Positions 49,216 to 58,906 of a stretch of DNA of 64,000 bases are shown piece by piece (the first letter of the stretch is position 1; each line of letters begins with the position of its first letter). The notes under the pieces are model-generated. The model worked only from the letters and a program-made list of their open reading frames with translations. It was not told the origin of the DNA and did not search any database. The translations under genes and the position numbers were made by a program. The stretch comes from Myxococcota bacterium (lineage in GTDB: Bacteria; Myxococcota; Myxococcia; Myxococcales; Myxococcaceae), in assembly GCA_049322255.1 (NCBI GenBank), contig JBMORE010000127.1, positions 1 to 64,000 on the forward strand, written 5' to 3'.

Positions 49216-51651
49216 ATGGAGGTTCCCGTGAGGCGACAGCTCTTCGGATTGTTGGCGATGGTTTCGGCAACGAGTTTCGTTGCGTGCAACTGCGACCCGC
49301 AACCGCCGCCGTGCACCTCAGACGCGGACTGCACTTCCGGGACGTGCGTGAACGGCACCTGCGAGGGCGCCACCGATGGCGGCGGGGGCGGAGGGAACAT
49401 CTTCACTGGCTGCGATTCGGCGGCGGCCGACAACTCCACGCGCGACACCGACTGCGACGGCATCTCCGACGCCGACGAGTACGCCCTCTCCTACGGCGCC
49501 AACAAGACCGACCCCTGCAACTCCGACAGCGATGGTGACGGCATCAAGGACGGCGTGGAGGTTGGCCGCACGTCGAGCGTCAACACCACTTGTAGCTTTA
49601 CGGGCGATGCCGACTCGACCACCAAGACCGACCCCACCGTGGCTGACAGCGACGGCGACGGCGTCTCCGACGGCGATGAGGACAAGAACAAGGACGGTAA
49701 GGTGGACCCGGGAGAGTCCGACCCCACGCGCAAAGACTCGGACTGCGATGGCATCTCCGACGCCGACGAGCTGGCGGGCACCTTCGGCTGTGCCACCGAC
49801 CCGCTCAAGCGTGACAGCGACGGCGACGGGCTCCATGACGGCGTCGAGCAGGGACTGCAGGCGCCGGGCGTCGACCCGACGGTGTGCACCTACGACGCGA
49901 CCCTCTTCGATGTCGACCCCGCCGCGAGGACCAACGCCTGCAACGCCGACAGCGACAACGACGGAATCGCCGATGGCGCAGAAGATCTCGACGGCAACGG
50001 CAGGACGGATCCAGGCGAGCTCAACCCCAACGACCCCGTCGACGCGCAGGGGCCTGTGGCGCAGGCGTGCGCCACCGCCAACTTGAAGCCGATCAGCTTC
50101 CACTCCAGCGGCAACGCCGACGTGCAGGTGGCGCTGGTGCCCTCCTTCACCGAGGTGAGCAAGCTGACCGGCCCCGCGGGTGAGCTGGGCATCCTCTTCT
50201 ACGACCCCACCAACCAAGTCATTGGCATGGTCTTCTCCAAGACTCCGACCGGCGCCAGCGCTACCAACGAAGAGACGGCCGCTCGATCCACCATCGGTAG
50301 CCAGGGAGCGCTCACTGGCGCCATCACCCAGACCTTCACCACCTGGGATGGGTACGCCGCCTCGGTGCGCGCGACCTATAACCAAGGAGGAAACGCCGAC
50401 TTGAAGGCGAGGGCCAACGCCATCGCCCAGGCCTTTCTCGGACAGAACGTGGGAGGGATTTTGCCGGGCGCGGCGGGAGTCACCGGCCCGTTCAAAATCC
50501 AGGCGGAGTATGTGCGCCGTGACGCCAACCACTCCGTGGTGCTGATCGCCCTCTCTACCGAGGCGAGCTACGTGGGCGGGCAGATTTTCCGCCTCGACGA
50601 CGTGGCAGGCGGCAGCGCGCTGGCCCAGTTTGGAGACTTCACCGGAACCCAGTGCGAGGTATTCACCACCTCGGGCAACGCGAACGTGGACTTTATCTGG
50701 GTGGTCGACAACTCGGGCTCGATGGGCGGTTACCAGCAAGCGGTGGGGAACGTGGGCAACCTCTTCTCCCAGAAGCTGGGCAACGCCGGTCTCAACTGGC
50801 GCGTGGCGGGTATCGGCACCGACGGCCAGAACTCCACCGCCTTCACCACCACGGTGACCTCGGCCTTCTTCACCGCTTTCGGCACCGGCGGCTCCGGCAT
50901 CGAGCGACAGCTGCTCTTCGCGCGCAACAAGGTCACCGCGATGCTGCCCAAGCAGGCCGCGGACGTGAGCTTCATTCGCACCAGCGCCGACCTCCACGTC
51001 ATCTTGCTTGGCGACGCCGACGACCAGGATGGCACCGCGGTCCAGACATACATCGACTTCTTCAACAACTACGATGGAGCGGGCTCGAAGGCGGTGGTGC
51101 ACGGCATCGTCTGCCCGCAAGGACAGACCTGCGGAGAAGCGCAGCGCAACCCCCGCCGAAACCTGGCGGTCATCACCGCCACCGGCGGCATTCAGGGCGA
51201 CATCAACAGCGCCCAGCCGGCAGGCAACCCAGCCATCTCCAACACCCTCGACGCCATTCTTTCAGCGGCGATTGCCGGCACCGGGCGGCAGCTGGCCCGT
51301 CCGCCCATCTCGGCGACCATCAAGATTGCCATCGAGGCCAATGGCACCGTGGGCGCCTGCAACACCGCCGACGTTCCCCGCGACCGCACCAACGGCTTCG
51401 ACTTCGACTCCGCCACTCGCCGGGTGGTGTTCTTCGGCGACTGCCGTCCCAACGGCTCGGGCAAGAAGGTCGCGGTGTCCTACCGTTTCTGGAACGACGG
51501 CGGCGACCCTTGCGGCAACCGCTGCGTCTCGCCCCTGGTCTGCAACCCGGAGACGGGCCAGTGCGTGTGTCCGGCCAACTGCGGCGGCAGCTGCGCGTCG
51601 AACGAGACGTGCAACATGACGACGTGTGTTTGCGAGCCAGGAATTGGGTAG
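49216..51651 (+). CDS. cglD: CglD-like gliding-motility lipoprotein (TSP3-type Ca-binding repeats plus VWA)
   Basis: Lipobox VAC-NC; repeated DSDGDG/DTDCDG units; VWA MIDAS FIWVVDNSGSM; C-terminal PR.R.NGFDFD...FFGDCRP and a Cys-rich tail. Confidence 0.75.
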   Translation: MEVPVRRQLFGLLAMVSATSFVACNCDPQPPPCTSDADCTSGTCVNGTCEGATDGGGGGGNIFTGCDSAAADNSTRDTDCDGISDADEYALSYGANKTDPCNSDSDGDGIKDGVEVGRTSSVNTTCSFTGDADSTTKTDPTVADSDGDGVSDGDEDKNKDGKVDPGESDPTRKDSDCDGISDADELAGTFGCATDPLKRDSDGDGLHDGVEQGLQAPGVDPTVCTYDATLFDVDPAARTNACNADSDNDGIADGAEDLDGNGRTDPGELNPNDPVDAQGPVAQACATANLKPISFHSSGNADVQVALVPSFTEVSKLTGPAGELGILFYDPTNQVIGMVFSKTPTGASATNEETAARSTIGSQGALTGAITQTFTTWDGYAASVRATYNQGGNADLKARANAIAQAFLGQNVGGILPGAAGVTGPFKIQAEYVRRDANHSVVLIALSTEASYVGGQIFRLDDVAGGSALAQFGDFTGTQCEVFTTSGNANVDFIWVVDNSGSMGGYQQAVGNVGNLFSQKLGNAGLNWRVAGIGTDGQNSTAFTTTVTSAFFTAFGTGGSGIERQLLFARNKVTAMLPKQAADVSFIRTSADLHVILLGDADDQDGTAVQTYIDFFNNYDGAGSKAVVHGIVCPQGQTCGEAQRNPRRNLAVITATGGIQGDINSAQPAGNPAISNTLDAILSAAIAGTGRQLARPPISATIKIAIEANGTVGACNTADVPRDRTNGFDFDSATRRVVFFGDCRPNGSGKKVAVSYRFWNDGGDPCGNRCVSPLVCNPETGQCVCPANCGGSCASNETCNMTTCVCEPGIG

Positions 51652-52485
51652 TTACCCGGGAGAGGGATGCAGGGCGGAGTAGGTGGTGAGCTCGATGCCG
51701 CGTTGTCGCACGGCGGCCTGCGCGACGTTCGAGGTGAGCGCAGCCAGCTCGCTTTCCCAGCGATAGCTCCAACGGGGGTCTTCCGGCACCACCCCCGCGT
51801 TCAGCCCAGGGTGGCAGACGAGCTCGTGGTCTCCCTCGGGGAGCGCGCGGAGCACCGACAACAGCCGCGCTTCGTCGAGCACGCCCGAAGCGAAGACGCC
51901 CCACCCGCGTACCTTGCGCGTCGGGTTGCGCCCACTGGCCACCGCGAGGGTGGAGAGGAGGGCACTTTTGGCGAGCGCCGCCGGTCGCAAGAGCCAGCTT
52001 GGCCGCGGGCGCTCCAGCGGCCAGCGCAAGGGCAGACTCTCCTCCTGGGCGAGCCGTTGGACGATGCCCGACAACCCGGGGAGCAGATGCAAGTGCTGGT
52101 GCGCATCGAGGTGGTCGGGAGAAAAGCCGAGCTCGCGGGCCCGCGCGAGCTGGGCACGAAGCTCGCGCGCCACCTCCTCTGGGGGGATGAGCCCCACCGC
52201 CCAGGCAGCGGCCACCTCGGCCCAGTGGGCACGAAACCGGCCTCCCGGCGCCAGCCAACGCACCTGCGAAGGCGGGGCAGCAGGAGAAAGGTGCGTCGAC
52301 AGACACAGGTGCACGCCCAGCGCCAGCCCTTGTTCCTTCGCCGCGTGCACCGCCGCCTGGGCGCTTCGGCCCGTCACCAACACCGTCGCGCTGGTGACGA
52401 TGCCTTCGCGGTGCGCACGCAAGATGCCGGCGTCGATGCGTGGGTGGAGCCCGAGATCGTCAGCGTTGACGACGAGGCGGATCAT
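51652..52485 (-). CDS. ChbG/HpnK (YdjC-family) carbohydrate deacetylase
   Basis: LVVNADDLG, GVHL, HLDAHQHLH and ELVCHPG. Confidence 0.9.
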   Translation of the reverse strand: MIRLVVNADDLGLHPRIDAGILRAHREGIVTSATVLVTGRSAQAAVHAAKEQGLALGVHLCLSTHLSPAAPPSQVRWLAPGGRFRAHWAEVAAAWAVGLIPPEEVARELRAQLARARELGFSPDHLDAHQHLHLLPGLSGIVQRLAQEESLPLRWPLERPRPSWLLRPAALAKSALLSTLAVASGRNPTRKVRGWGVFASGVLDEARLLSVLRALPEGDHELVCHPGLNAGVVPEDPRWSYRWESELAALTSNVAQAAVRQRGIELTTYSALHPSPG

Positions 52486-52497
52486 TCGTGGCGCTCG

Positions 52498-53304
52498 TCA
52501 GGGGGCGCTGCGGCTGCGCGGTGCCCTACGGGAGTGATTCCTCACCGGCTCGAGCCGGGTCACCGGCGGCCGCCGCACCGGTTGCGCAGGCTCGCCGGGC
52601 GCGCGGGTCTCGGCGTAGAGCGAGGCCAGCTCCTTCACCATCTTCCAAATCACCGAGGGCGAGGCGAGGGTGGAGACGCCCCGGGTGCGGGGAAAGTAGT
52701 CCACCCCTATCTGGAATACGCGGAAGCCTTTACGAATCGCTTTCACCACCAGCTCGGCGTCGATGAACGAGCCCTGCGCCTTGAGCTCGATGCTCTCCAG
52801 CACGCGGCGGTGCATCACCTTGAAGCTGAAGTTGATGTCTTTGACGTTCACCTCGAACAGCTGCCGAATGAGCAGGTTGTAGACGAACGAATAGAGGATG
52901 CGCTTGGGCCCTTCGCTGGTGCGGTCGAAGCGGAAGGCGCAGAGCATGTCCGCTTCGAGGTAGGTCATCAAATGCAGCGCTCGCTCCAGCTCCTCGAGGT
53001 CGAAGGGCAAATCGATGTCCGAATAGACCACCACGTCCTTGGTCGAAGAGGAAAGACCGGTGCGCATCGCGCCGCCCAGCTTCAGATTCACCGGATGGCT
53101 GATGACTCTCACCTGCGGGTGGCGAGCGGCCAGGCCCTCGGCGATTTCCCGGGTGCGGTCGGTCGACGCGTCGTCGATGACCAGGACTTCGAAGTCGTTG
53201 GTCAGCCTCCCCAGAACCGTGAGCGCCCGCGTCACCGCGCGCTCCACGTAGTCCTCCTCGTTCCAGGCAGGGAAGAACAAGCTGATGCTGGGAGGCTTGG
53301 CCAC
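52498..53304 (-). CDS. GT2 polyprenol-phosphate glycosyltransferase (DPM1-like)
   Basis: SLFFPAWNEE, IDDASTDRT, DID (DxD) and KDINFSFK; RBS GAGGAG before GTG. Confidence 0.88.
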   Translation of the reverse strand: MAKPPSISLFFPAWNEEDYVERAVTRALTVLGRLTNDFEVLVIDDASTDRTREIAEGLAARHPQVRVISHPVNLKLGGAMRTGLSSSTKDVVVYSDIDLPFDLEELERALHLMTYLEADMLCAFRFDRTSEGPKRILYSFVYNLLIRQLFEVNVKDINFSFKVMHRRVLESIELKAQGSFIDAELVVKAIRKGFRVFQIGVDYFPRTRGVSTLASPSVIWKMVKELASLYAETRAPGEPAQPVRRPPVTRLEPVRNHSRRAPRSRSAP

Positions 53305-53399
53305 GAAGAGCTCCTCGCGAGGACGCACCAGCTACCAGAGCGTCCAAGAGGAGGCAAATGGGGTAGGGAGTGCTAGTCTTTTCCACGGAGAAGGTGCGC

Positions 53400-54341
53400 A
53401 TGGGGGAAGGCCCAAGCACGATTCTCGTGGTGGGCGACGCCGAAAACGGCGGTGCGCTCGTCGACCTCTTTGGTCGCACGGGCCAGCGCGCTCGCCTGGC
53501 TTTGACGGCGGCCGCGGCGAAAGAAGGATGGGTGGCGCTCGGGGCCGACCTGGTGGTGTTGTTCGACGAGCAAGGCCAGGCCGATGTGCTCGAGCTGATG
53601 CATACCCTGCGCGAGGACCAGGGCCGCCGGTACTTGCCGGCGATGGTGGTGAGCGGAAGCGCTGCTCGGCGGGTGGCGGCTCTCGACGCTGGTGCCGACG
53701 ACGCCTTGTGCCCGCCCCTCGACACCGAAGAGCTCTTGGCCCGGGTGCGCCACCGCTTGGCAATGCGCCGGCGCATTGACAGCCTGCTCGACGAGGGAGA
53801 GAAGCTGCACCTGCTCTCGGTGACCGACGGGCTGACCCAAATCGCCAACCATCGTTTTCTGCAAGAGCGCCTGCGCGAGGAGTTTCGCCGGGCGCAGCGC
53901 TACAGCGATCCGCTGGCGCTCATCCTCATCGATCTGGACCACTTCAAGTCGGTGAACGACTCCTATGGACACGTGGTGGGCGACGAGGTGCTGCGCGCGG
54001 TGGCCAAAGTCGTGCGTGACGCGGTGCGCGATACCGATTTGGTGGCGCGTTACGGGGGCGAGGAGTTCGCGGTGCTTCTACCCAAGACCCACCTGGCCGG
54101 CGCCCTCACCGTGGCCGAGCGGGTATGGCAGGACATCGCCCGGCTACGACTGGGGCCGGCCGGCGACCTGCGCGTCACCGCCTCCTTGGGCATCTCCGGT
54201 TACCCTGGAACGTCGATTCGCTCCACGGAGCAGCTCTTGCGCGCCGCCGACGAGGCCCTCTATCGGGCCAAGCGCGAGGGGCGAAACAAGATAGGCATCT
54301 ACCCGTTCGCCGCGAACACCGACGTTGCGCAGACTGGCTGA
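53400..54341 (+). CDS. Diguanylate cyclase with a degenerate N-terminal receiver domain
   Basis: TDGLT, DLDHFKSVNDSYGH, I-site RDTD and RYGGEEF. Confidence 0.92.
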   Translation: MGEGPSTILVVGDAENGGALVDLFGRTGQRARLALTAAAAKEGWVALGADLVVLFDEQGQADVLELMHTLREDQGRRYLPAMVVSGSAARRVAALDAGADDALCPPLDTEELLARVRHRLAMRRRIDSLLDEGEKLHLLSVTDGLTQIANHRFLQERLREEFRRAQRYSDPLALILIDLDHFKSVNDSYGHVVGDEVLRAVAKVVRDAVRDTDLVARYGGEEFAVLLPKTHLAGALTVAERVWQDIARLRLGPAGDLRVTASLGISGYPGTSIRSTEQLLRAADEALYRAKREGRNKIGIYPFAANTDVAQTG

Positions 54342-54434
54342 AGTCTTCCCAAGGGCTGTAGGTCGAGCAGCCGGGCGGTCGGTGGCCCTGCGGCCATGGT
54401 GCGTGGAGGTGGACAGGAGGGTTAAATCGCCCCC

Positions 54435-55361
54435 GTGTCGAAGCAAGGCCTACGGCTCGCCCCACTCCTTTTTCTCAGCGCGGTCCTTCACCTGGGCCTG
54501 TTGTGGCTGCTTGCGGGTAGAGCTTCGCCGGCGTCGACGTCTCCGGTTCCTCCGCCGGTGGAAGTGGAGCTGGTCCACCTCGAGCCCAAAGCCCAAGCGC
54601 CTCCGGCTCCGCGCACGCCGACGGCGGCGAAGCGCGAGGGCAAGGGCAAGGGCAAGGGCAGGGGCAAGAATACGCCCCTCACCCCAACCCTCTCCCAGGG
54701 GGAGAGGGAGTTACCGCTGGCCAGCGATGAACCCCGGGCCGACCCAGGGCCACGGGCGCAGGCAGGAATCGCCGTGCCACACATCGATCTCGATGCACCG
54801 TGGTTGGGGCGGGCCGAGGCGCCGCCGCCCACGGTTTCGCGGCGGCCGGGCAGCTCGCTCCATGCGCCTGCGTCGGCGAGCAGCCCTCAGGAGCTCGTCG
54901 CGCAGACCGTGAGCGAGGCGGTGGCCCGGCACAAAGTCGAGGTGGGCAACGTGCCCGGCTACTTCATGCAGATGAAGAGCCTGTTGGTGGTGGCGTGGGA
55001 CATCGACCGGGTGGTGAAGCGGCGCTCCTCGGCAGGCAAAAGCACCGGAGGCAGCACGCGGGTGTTCCGTTTGGTGCAAGACCGCGCCGGCTATCTGGTG
55101 CGCATCGACCTGGTCTCGCGCTCCGAGGACGCCGAAGTCGATGCCGAGGCTCTCTCCGACCTGCAGCGGGTGTCGGACAGCTTTCCACCGCCCACGGAAG
55201 ACGCCATCGGAGAGCGCGAGTACCTGGCGAGCCTGTGGGAGCTCGCCTACGTCCCGCCGCCGGCGATTCCTCCGCTGGAGTTCGACGTCGTCGACCTCTT
55301 CGACAAGAAGGCGATTCCCCCGCGGAGCACCAAGAAGCTTCGGCTGCTCACCTTCCAGTGA
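54435..55361 (+). CDS. TonB/TolA-like membrane-anchored protein
   Basis: TM helix with the S..LH motif; Pro-rich linker; C-terminal QDRAG.LV.I.L..RS....D..A...FPPP. Confidence 0.6.
   Translation: MSKQGLRLAPLLFLSAVLHLGLLWLLAGRASPASTSPVPPPVEVELVHLEPKAQAPPAPRTPTAAKREGKGKGKGRGKNTPLTPTLSQGERELPLASDEPRADPGPRAQAGIAVPHIDLDAPWLGRAEAPPPTVSRRPGSSLHAPASASSPQELVAQTVSEAVARHKVEVGNVPGYFMQMKSLLVVAWDIDRVVKRRSSAGKSTGGSTRVFRLVQDRAGYLVRIDLVSRSEDAEVDAEALSDLQRVSDSFPPPTEDAIGEREYLASLWELAYVPPPAIPPLEFDVVDLFDKKAIPPRSTKKLRLLTFQ
54675..54708 (-). repeat. BoxC/REP-like repeat, copy 5 (in frame inside the TonB-like CDS), preceded by (GGCAAG)n
   Basis: CCCCTCACCCCAACCCTCTCCCAGGGGGAGAGGG encodes PLTPTLSQGER; the upstream hexamer repeats encode GKGKGKGRGK. 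Confidence 0.85.
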
Positions 55362-56232
55362 GGGGCGGCGCGGGCGGCCAGCTCTCGGGGCGATCGTCGA
55401 AGCGCGCGCGCAAATCCTCGAGCGCGTTGAGGCGGGCGTCGCGGTTGTACTTGTAGGCTCCGCTCACCGCGCCAAAGAGGGTGCCGAAGTACCAGAGCGC
55501 CTCGAGCACCCCCAGCACCAGCGCGACTCCGAGGTCGCCTCGGCGGGCGGCGTCGAAGGTGGCAAAACCGAACAAGCCGTTCCACGTGAGCGCTGCCAGG
55601 CCGATGAGGGGTTGCCCCAGATAGAGGTGGCCCCCGCCCGGGACGAGGGAGAAGAGCCCGGCGAGCAACGGAGACTTGGTGGGGACGCCCGTGAGCGAGC
55701 GCGCTGCCTCGACGAGCGCGCCCTGCCCGGGGAAGGGCGAGAGTGTGGCGAAGCGGTCGGCGGCGGGCTGGTATTGACCGAGCGTCAGCTGCGCCCAGCC
55801 CAAGAGGTAGCCGGCGCGCTCCCGCTGGGGCTTGCGCACGCTCTGGCCGTACGTTGCGAGCCAGCCCGCAAGATGGGTGGCGGCGGCGGGGTTGTCTCCT
55901 CCCAAGTAGTGGGCATAACCGACTTGCAGCGCGGCCTGGGCTGCCAGCGCGGTCGAATCGGGGCGGGCCCAAGTGGTGGCGAGCAGCGATTGATAGTGGG
56001 CCAGCGCGGCGTCGGGCTGGCCTCCGCGCAGGTACGAAAGCCCAATGGCGTGGCGCGCGGCGTCGGCGTGCGGGCCCTCGGGGGTGAGGAAGAGGTAGCG
56101 CTTGTACTCGCCGATGGCCCGGTAGAAATCCCCCTCGGCCAAAAGCGCCTCGGCGAAGGTGAGGGTGGCTTGGGGAGCGCGAGGCTCCGGGGCACTGGCG
56201 GCAATCGTCAGGAGGAGGATGGGGAGAACCAG
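55348..56232 (-). CDS. TPR protein with a C-terminal TM2-like membrane domain
   Basis: TPR-like DFYRAIGEYKRYLF; KSPLLAGLFSLVPGGGHLYLG. The signal peptide LVLPILLLTIAA lies upstream of the first TTG, which implies a CTG start at 56232. Confidence 0.7.
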   Translation of the reverse strand: MVLPILLLTIAASAPEPRAPQATLTFAEALLAEGDFYRAIGEYKRYLFLTPEGPHADAARHAIGLSYLRGGQPDAALAHYQSLLATTWARPDSTALAAQAALQVGYAHYLGGDNPAAATHLAGWLATYGQSVRKPQRERAGYLLGWAQLTLGQYQPAADRFATLSPFPGQGALVEAARSLTGVPTKSPLLAGLFSLVPGGGHLYLGQPLIGLAALTWNGLFGFATFDAARRGDLGVALVLGVLEALWYFGTLFGAVSGAYKYNRDARLNALEDLRARFDDRPESWPPAPPLTGR

Positions 56233-56600
56233 AAGGTGCTCTCCTCGAGAGGGTCGAGAAGGTGCAGCGTCTCTCCGTCCTCGAGCAAGCGCAACTTCCG
56301 AAGCGCCGAGGACTCACCCGCGCGCAGCAGCCGATCGAAGGTCAGGAGCATGCCCACCACGCCGTGCCGCCGCACCGAGAGCAGCCCGTAGCGCGAGCAG
56401 GTAGGCCGATGCGCGCAGCGCGCACCGTCGATGGGGCTCACCACCGTGCGGTAGAAGTCGTAGGAGAGCTGGAAGAAGGTGTCGTCGCCTCGGAGGGAGC
56501 GGAGGGGAGCCGAGGCACGGCGCACCTCGGAGGTAACGGGGTGTCTGTCCGTCCCGAACGGGCCGAAGCCCAAAAGTGCCGCGAGCAGAACCGCGTTCAT
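56208..56600 (-). CDS. YidD-like (haemolytic-domain) membrane insertion factor homolog
   Basis: YR..VSP.DG..C...PTCS.Y, RHG and DRLLR; RBS GGAGGA. Confidence 0.75.
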   Translation of the reverse strand: MNAVLLAALLGFGPFGTDRHPVTSEVRRASAPLRSLRGDDTFFQLSYDFYRTVVSPIDGARCAHRPTCSRYGLLSVRRHGVVGMLLTFDRLLRAGESSALRKLRLLEDGETLHLLDPLEESTFWFSPSSS

Positions 56601-56615
56601 CGTCCTCCCTACAGC

Positions 56616-57257
56616 TCAGGGACTTGTGCACCGGCCATCAGAACGACAAACGTATGGGGCTTCGCAGCCCGCGACCAGGCACCCCTCGCGTCCCGGCGAT
56701 CCGTCGGCGTCCGGGAGGTCTAACTCCAGATCGAGCTTCTCCGGACCTTGTAGACACAACGCCTGGTCGAAGTTGCCAAAGCCAGGGACGCTGGCTCGCA
56801 GCTCGTAGCAGCCGGGTGGCAGAGGGCGCACCAGCACCGTTCCGTTCGCGTCAGGCGCGAGGTCCACCAGCGGGGTGCCCAGCACCTCCAGTCGTGCGCG
56901 GTCCACCCGTTGGTTGTGACCTGGGGAAAGCTCGACGTGAAGGGAGCCCGCTGGCTGCGGTTGCACCGCGCCTACGTCTGCCACGTCGCCGCCGCGCACC
57001 ATCACCGTCCAGCGCAAGGCCTCGGTGGCCGAGGCGACGGCGAAGAGTTCGACCGCTCCCTGCGGCACCCCTTGTAGCTCGAAGGCGCCGGATGGCGCGG
57101 GTCGTGCCGACAGCGAAGACATTCCGAGCACCGCCACCACCGCGCGTGAGGTGTCTAGAGAGGTGAGACGCCCGCGCACCCCGCCCTCTTGCAGCGGCCG
57201 GTTGTCGAGGCCACCGCAAGCGGCAAGCAGCAAGAACGAGAGCGCGTGCGTTCGCAT
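56616..57257 (-). CDS. Lipoprotein with carboxypeptidase-regulatory-like domains and a Cys-rich tail
   Basis: Lipobox LAAC; GAFELQGVPQG and LPPGCYEL; C-terminal C...GC....C...G.C. Confidence 0.7.
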   Translation of the reverse strand: MRTHALSFLLLAACGGLDNRPLQEGGVRGRLTSLDTSRAVVAVLGMSSLSARPAPSGAFELQGVPQGAVELFAVASATEALRWTVMVRGGDVADVGAVQPQPAGSLHVELSPGHNQRVDRARLEVLGTPLVDLAPDANGTVLVRPLPPGCYELRASVPGFGNFDQALCLQGPEKLDLELDLPDADGSPGREGCLVAGCEAPYVCRSDGRCTSP

Positions 57258-58903
57258 CAGAAGCGGTACCCCCACGCGGCCCAGCCGCCCAAAAAACCCA
57301 ACACGCGTGGCGCGCCGTCCACCGCCAGCACCGTCAACATCACCTGCGTCTCCACCGACACCTCCCAGCCACCGGCCAGCTCGAGCCCCGCGCCGGCCAT
57401 CAGCCCGGGGGTGATGCTCGAGGCCGACTGGGCAGCCTGGTACGTCTCCAGGGAGAAAGACCGCTGGACCCACAACCCGGCCACGCGCGGGCCGACCCAC
57501 ACCGATACGCGGCCGAAAGCCCACGGGTAGAGGACGGCCGCGCCCGCGAGCACCGAGGTGGCGGTGAAGGGCACTGGCGGACCTCCGAGCCGCAAACGCT
57601 GCGCGGTGCGAAAGCCGCTTGCGTCCATGGAAAGCGACAAACGGTCGAGCAGCACCCGGTGCAACCGGAGCGAGAGTCCCACCGATGGAGAAGCCGGCAG
57701 CACTTCGTTCTGGCTCGAGGCATCGAGGAAGCCGAAGCCTCCCCCCAGGAGCGAAAGGGAACGCCAGGGCGCGCGGCGCAAAAGAAGCCGCTCGAGGTCG
57801 ACCCGATCGCCGGAGCGCACCATCACCTGTTCGGCCCAAAGAACGGCACCACCCTTCGTCAGCTCGACGCTGTGGGCACCGGGTACCACCGCAGCGCCGC
57901 CGGGCAGCTCCGTTCGCTCCTCGCCGTCCACCTTGAGGGTGAAGCCATCGAGCCGGGGTGCATAGGAATACAGCTCCGGCCGGCCGGTGCGCTCGACGCG
58001 GCCGGAGAGGAGAACGGGGTCGGCGCCTACTTCCAAAATCTCCGCCGAGGGGCGCTGCCTGCCCTGCGAGAAGACCCAGGTGTGTCGCCGGGCGTAGTCG
58101 TGGGCCTCGGTGGCGCTCACCGCTCCGTCTCCGTTGCGATCTGCCGTGCCGTCCAGCCCCGCGACCAGAAAGTGGGTGTAGATGTCGTTCTGGAGCGTCT
58201 CGTCCTCGCGTGCCGTTTCGCCGAAGTCGCTCGCCGACAGCACCATCGCCGCGCGCGATGCCGTTTCCAGAGGGCGGATAGGGGGGCCCTTGAGCGAGGC
58301 CAGCTCCGCTTCCACGTCTTGGGGGAGCAATGACTTGCCGCTGCCGGAGTGGCAGGTGGCGAGCACCAAAAGCCTCCGGTGGGAGGCAGCGGCAAAGAGA
58401 CGGTCGGTCAGCACGTCCACCGCCAGCGCCGTCGTGGAGACGCGGTGAAACTGCGCATCGGACGTCACCACGTACCGCGCCAGTGCCCCGCGCGCGTCAC
58501 GCCCCAGCGTGCCATGGGCAGACAGGTAAACCACCAAGATGTCGTCGGGGCGGGAAGCCTCTTGGGCCACCGCGTCCAGCGCGCGGGTGATGGCGTCGCG
58601 CGTCGTCTCTTCTTTTCGCGTCAGCACCCGTACCGAGGTGAAGTCGCCGCGCCGCGGGTCGGACAACACCTGGGCGAGGTCTTGGGCGTCCTTGCGCGCG
58701 AAGCGGAGCGGCCGCCAGCGCTCGTCCTCCACCTCGGTGATGCCCACCAGAAGCGCGAAGCGGCGCGGCTGATACGCCGCCTCCACCGCTTGCGACGAAG
58801 GGTGCACGGTGACCAAACCGCCCTTCTCGCTGCCTGGGTGGTGGGCGCAGGCCGCCGCCCAAAGCGGGAGCCACCATCCCAGGTGTCGACATACGCCTGA
58901 CAA
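57257..58903 (-). CDS. Lipoprotein caspase-family (C14) protease fused to a PEGA-like domain and a C-terminal OM beta-barrel
   Basis: Lipobox WAAAC; RFALLVGI, LRFA..DA, YLSAHG (His) and ATCHSG (Cys); C-terminal amphipathic strands ending WGYRF. Confidence 0.85.
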   Translation of the reverse strand: MSGVCRHLGWWLPLWAAACAHHPGSEKGGLVTVHPSSQAVEAAYQPRRFALLVGITEVEDERWRPLRFARKDAQDLAQVLSDPRRGDFTSVRVLTRKEETTRDAITRALDAVAQEASRPDDILVVYLSAHGTLGRDARGALARYVVTSDAQFHRVSTTALAVDVLTDRLFAAASHRRLLVLATCHSGSGKSLLPQDVEAELASLKGPPIRPLETASRAAMVLSASDFGETAREDETLQNDIYTHFLVAGLDGTADRNGDGAVSATEAHDYARRHTWVFSQGRQRPSAEILEVGADPVLLSGRVERTGRPELYSYAPRLDGFTLKVDGEERTELPGGAAVVPGAHSVELTKGGAVLWAEQVMVRSGDRVDLERLLLRRAPWRSLSLLGGGFGFLDASSQNEVLPASPSVGLSLRLHRVLLDRLSLSMDASGFRTAQRLRLGGPPVPFTATSVLAGAAVLYPWAFGRVSVWVGPRVAGLWVQRSFSLETYQAAQSASSITPGLMAGAGLELAGGWEVSVETQVMLTVLAVDGAPRVLGFLGGWAAWGYRF

Positions 58904-58906
58904 GCT

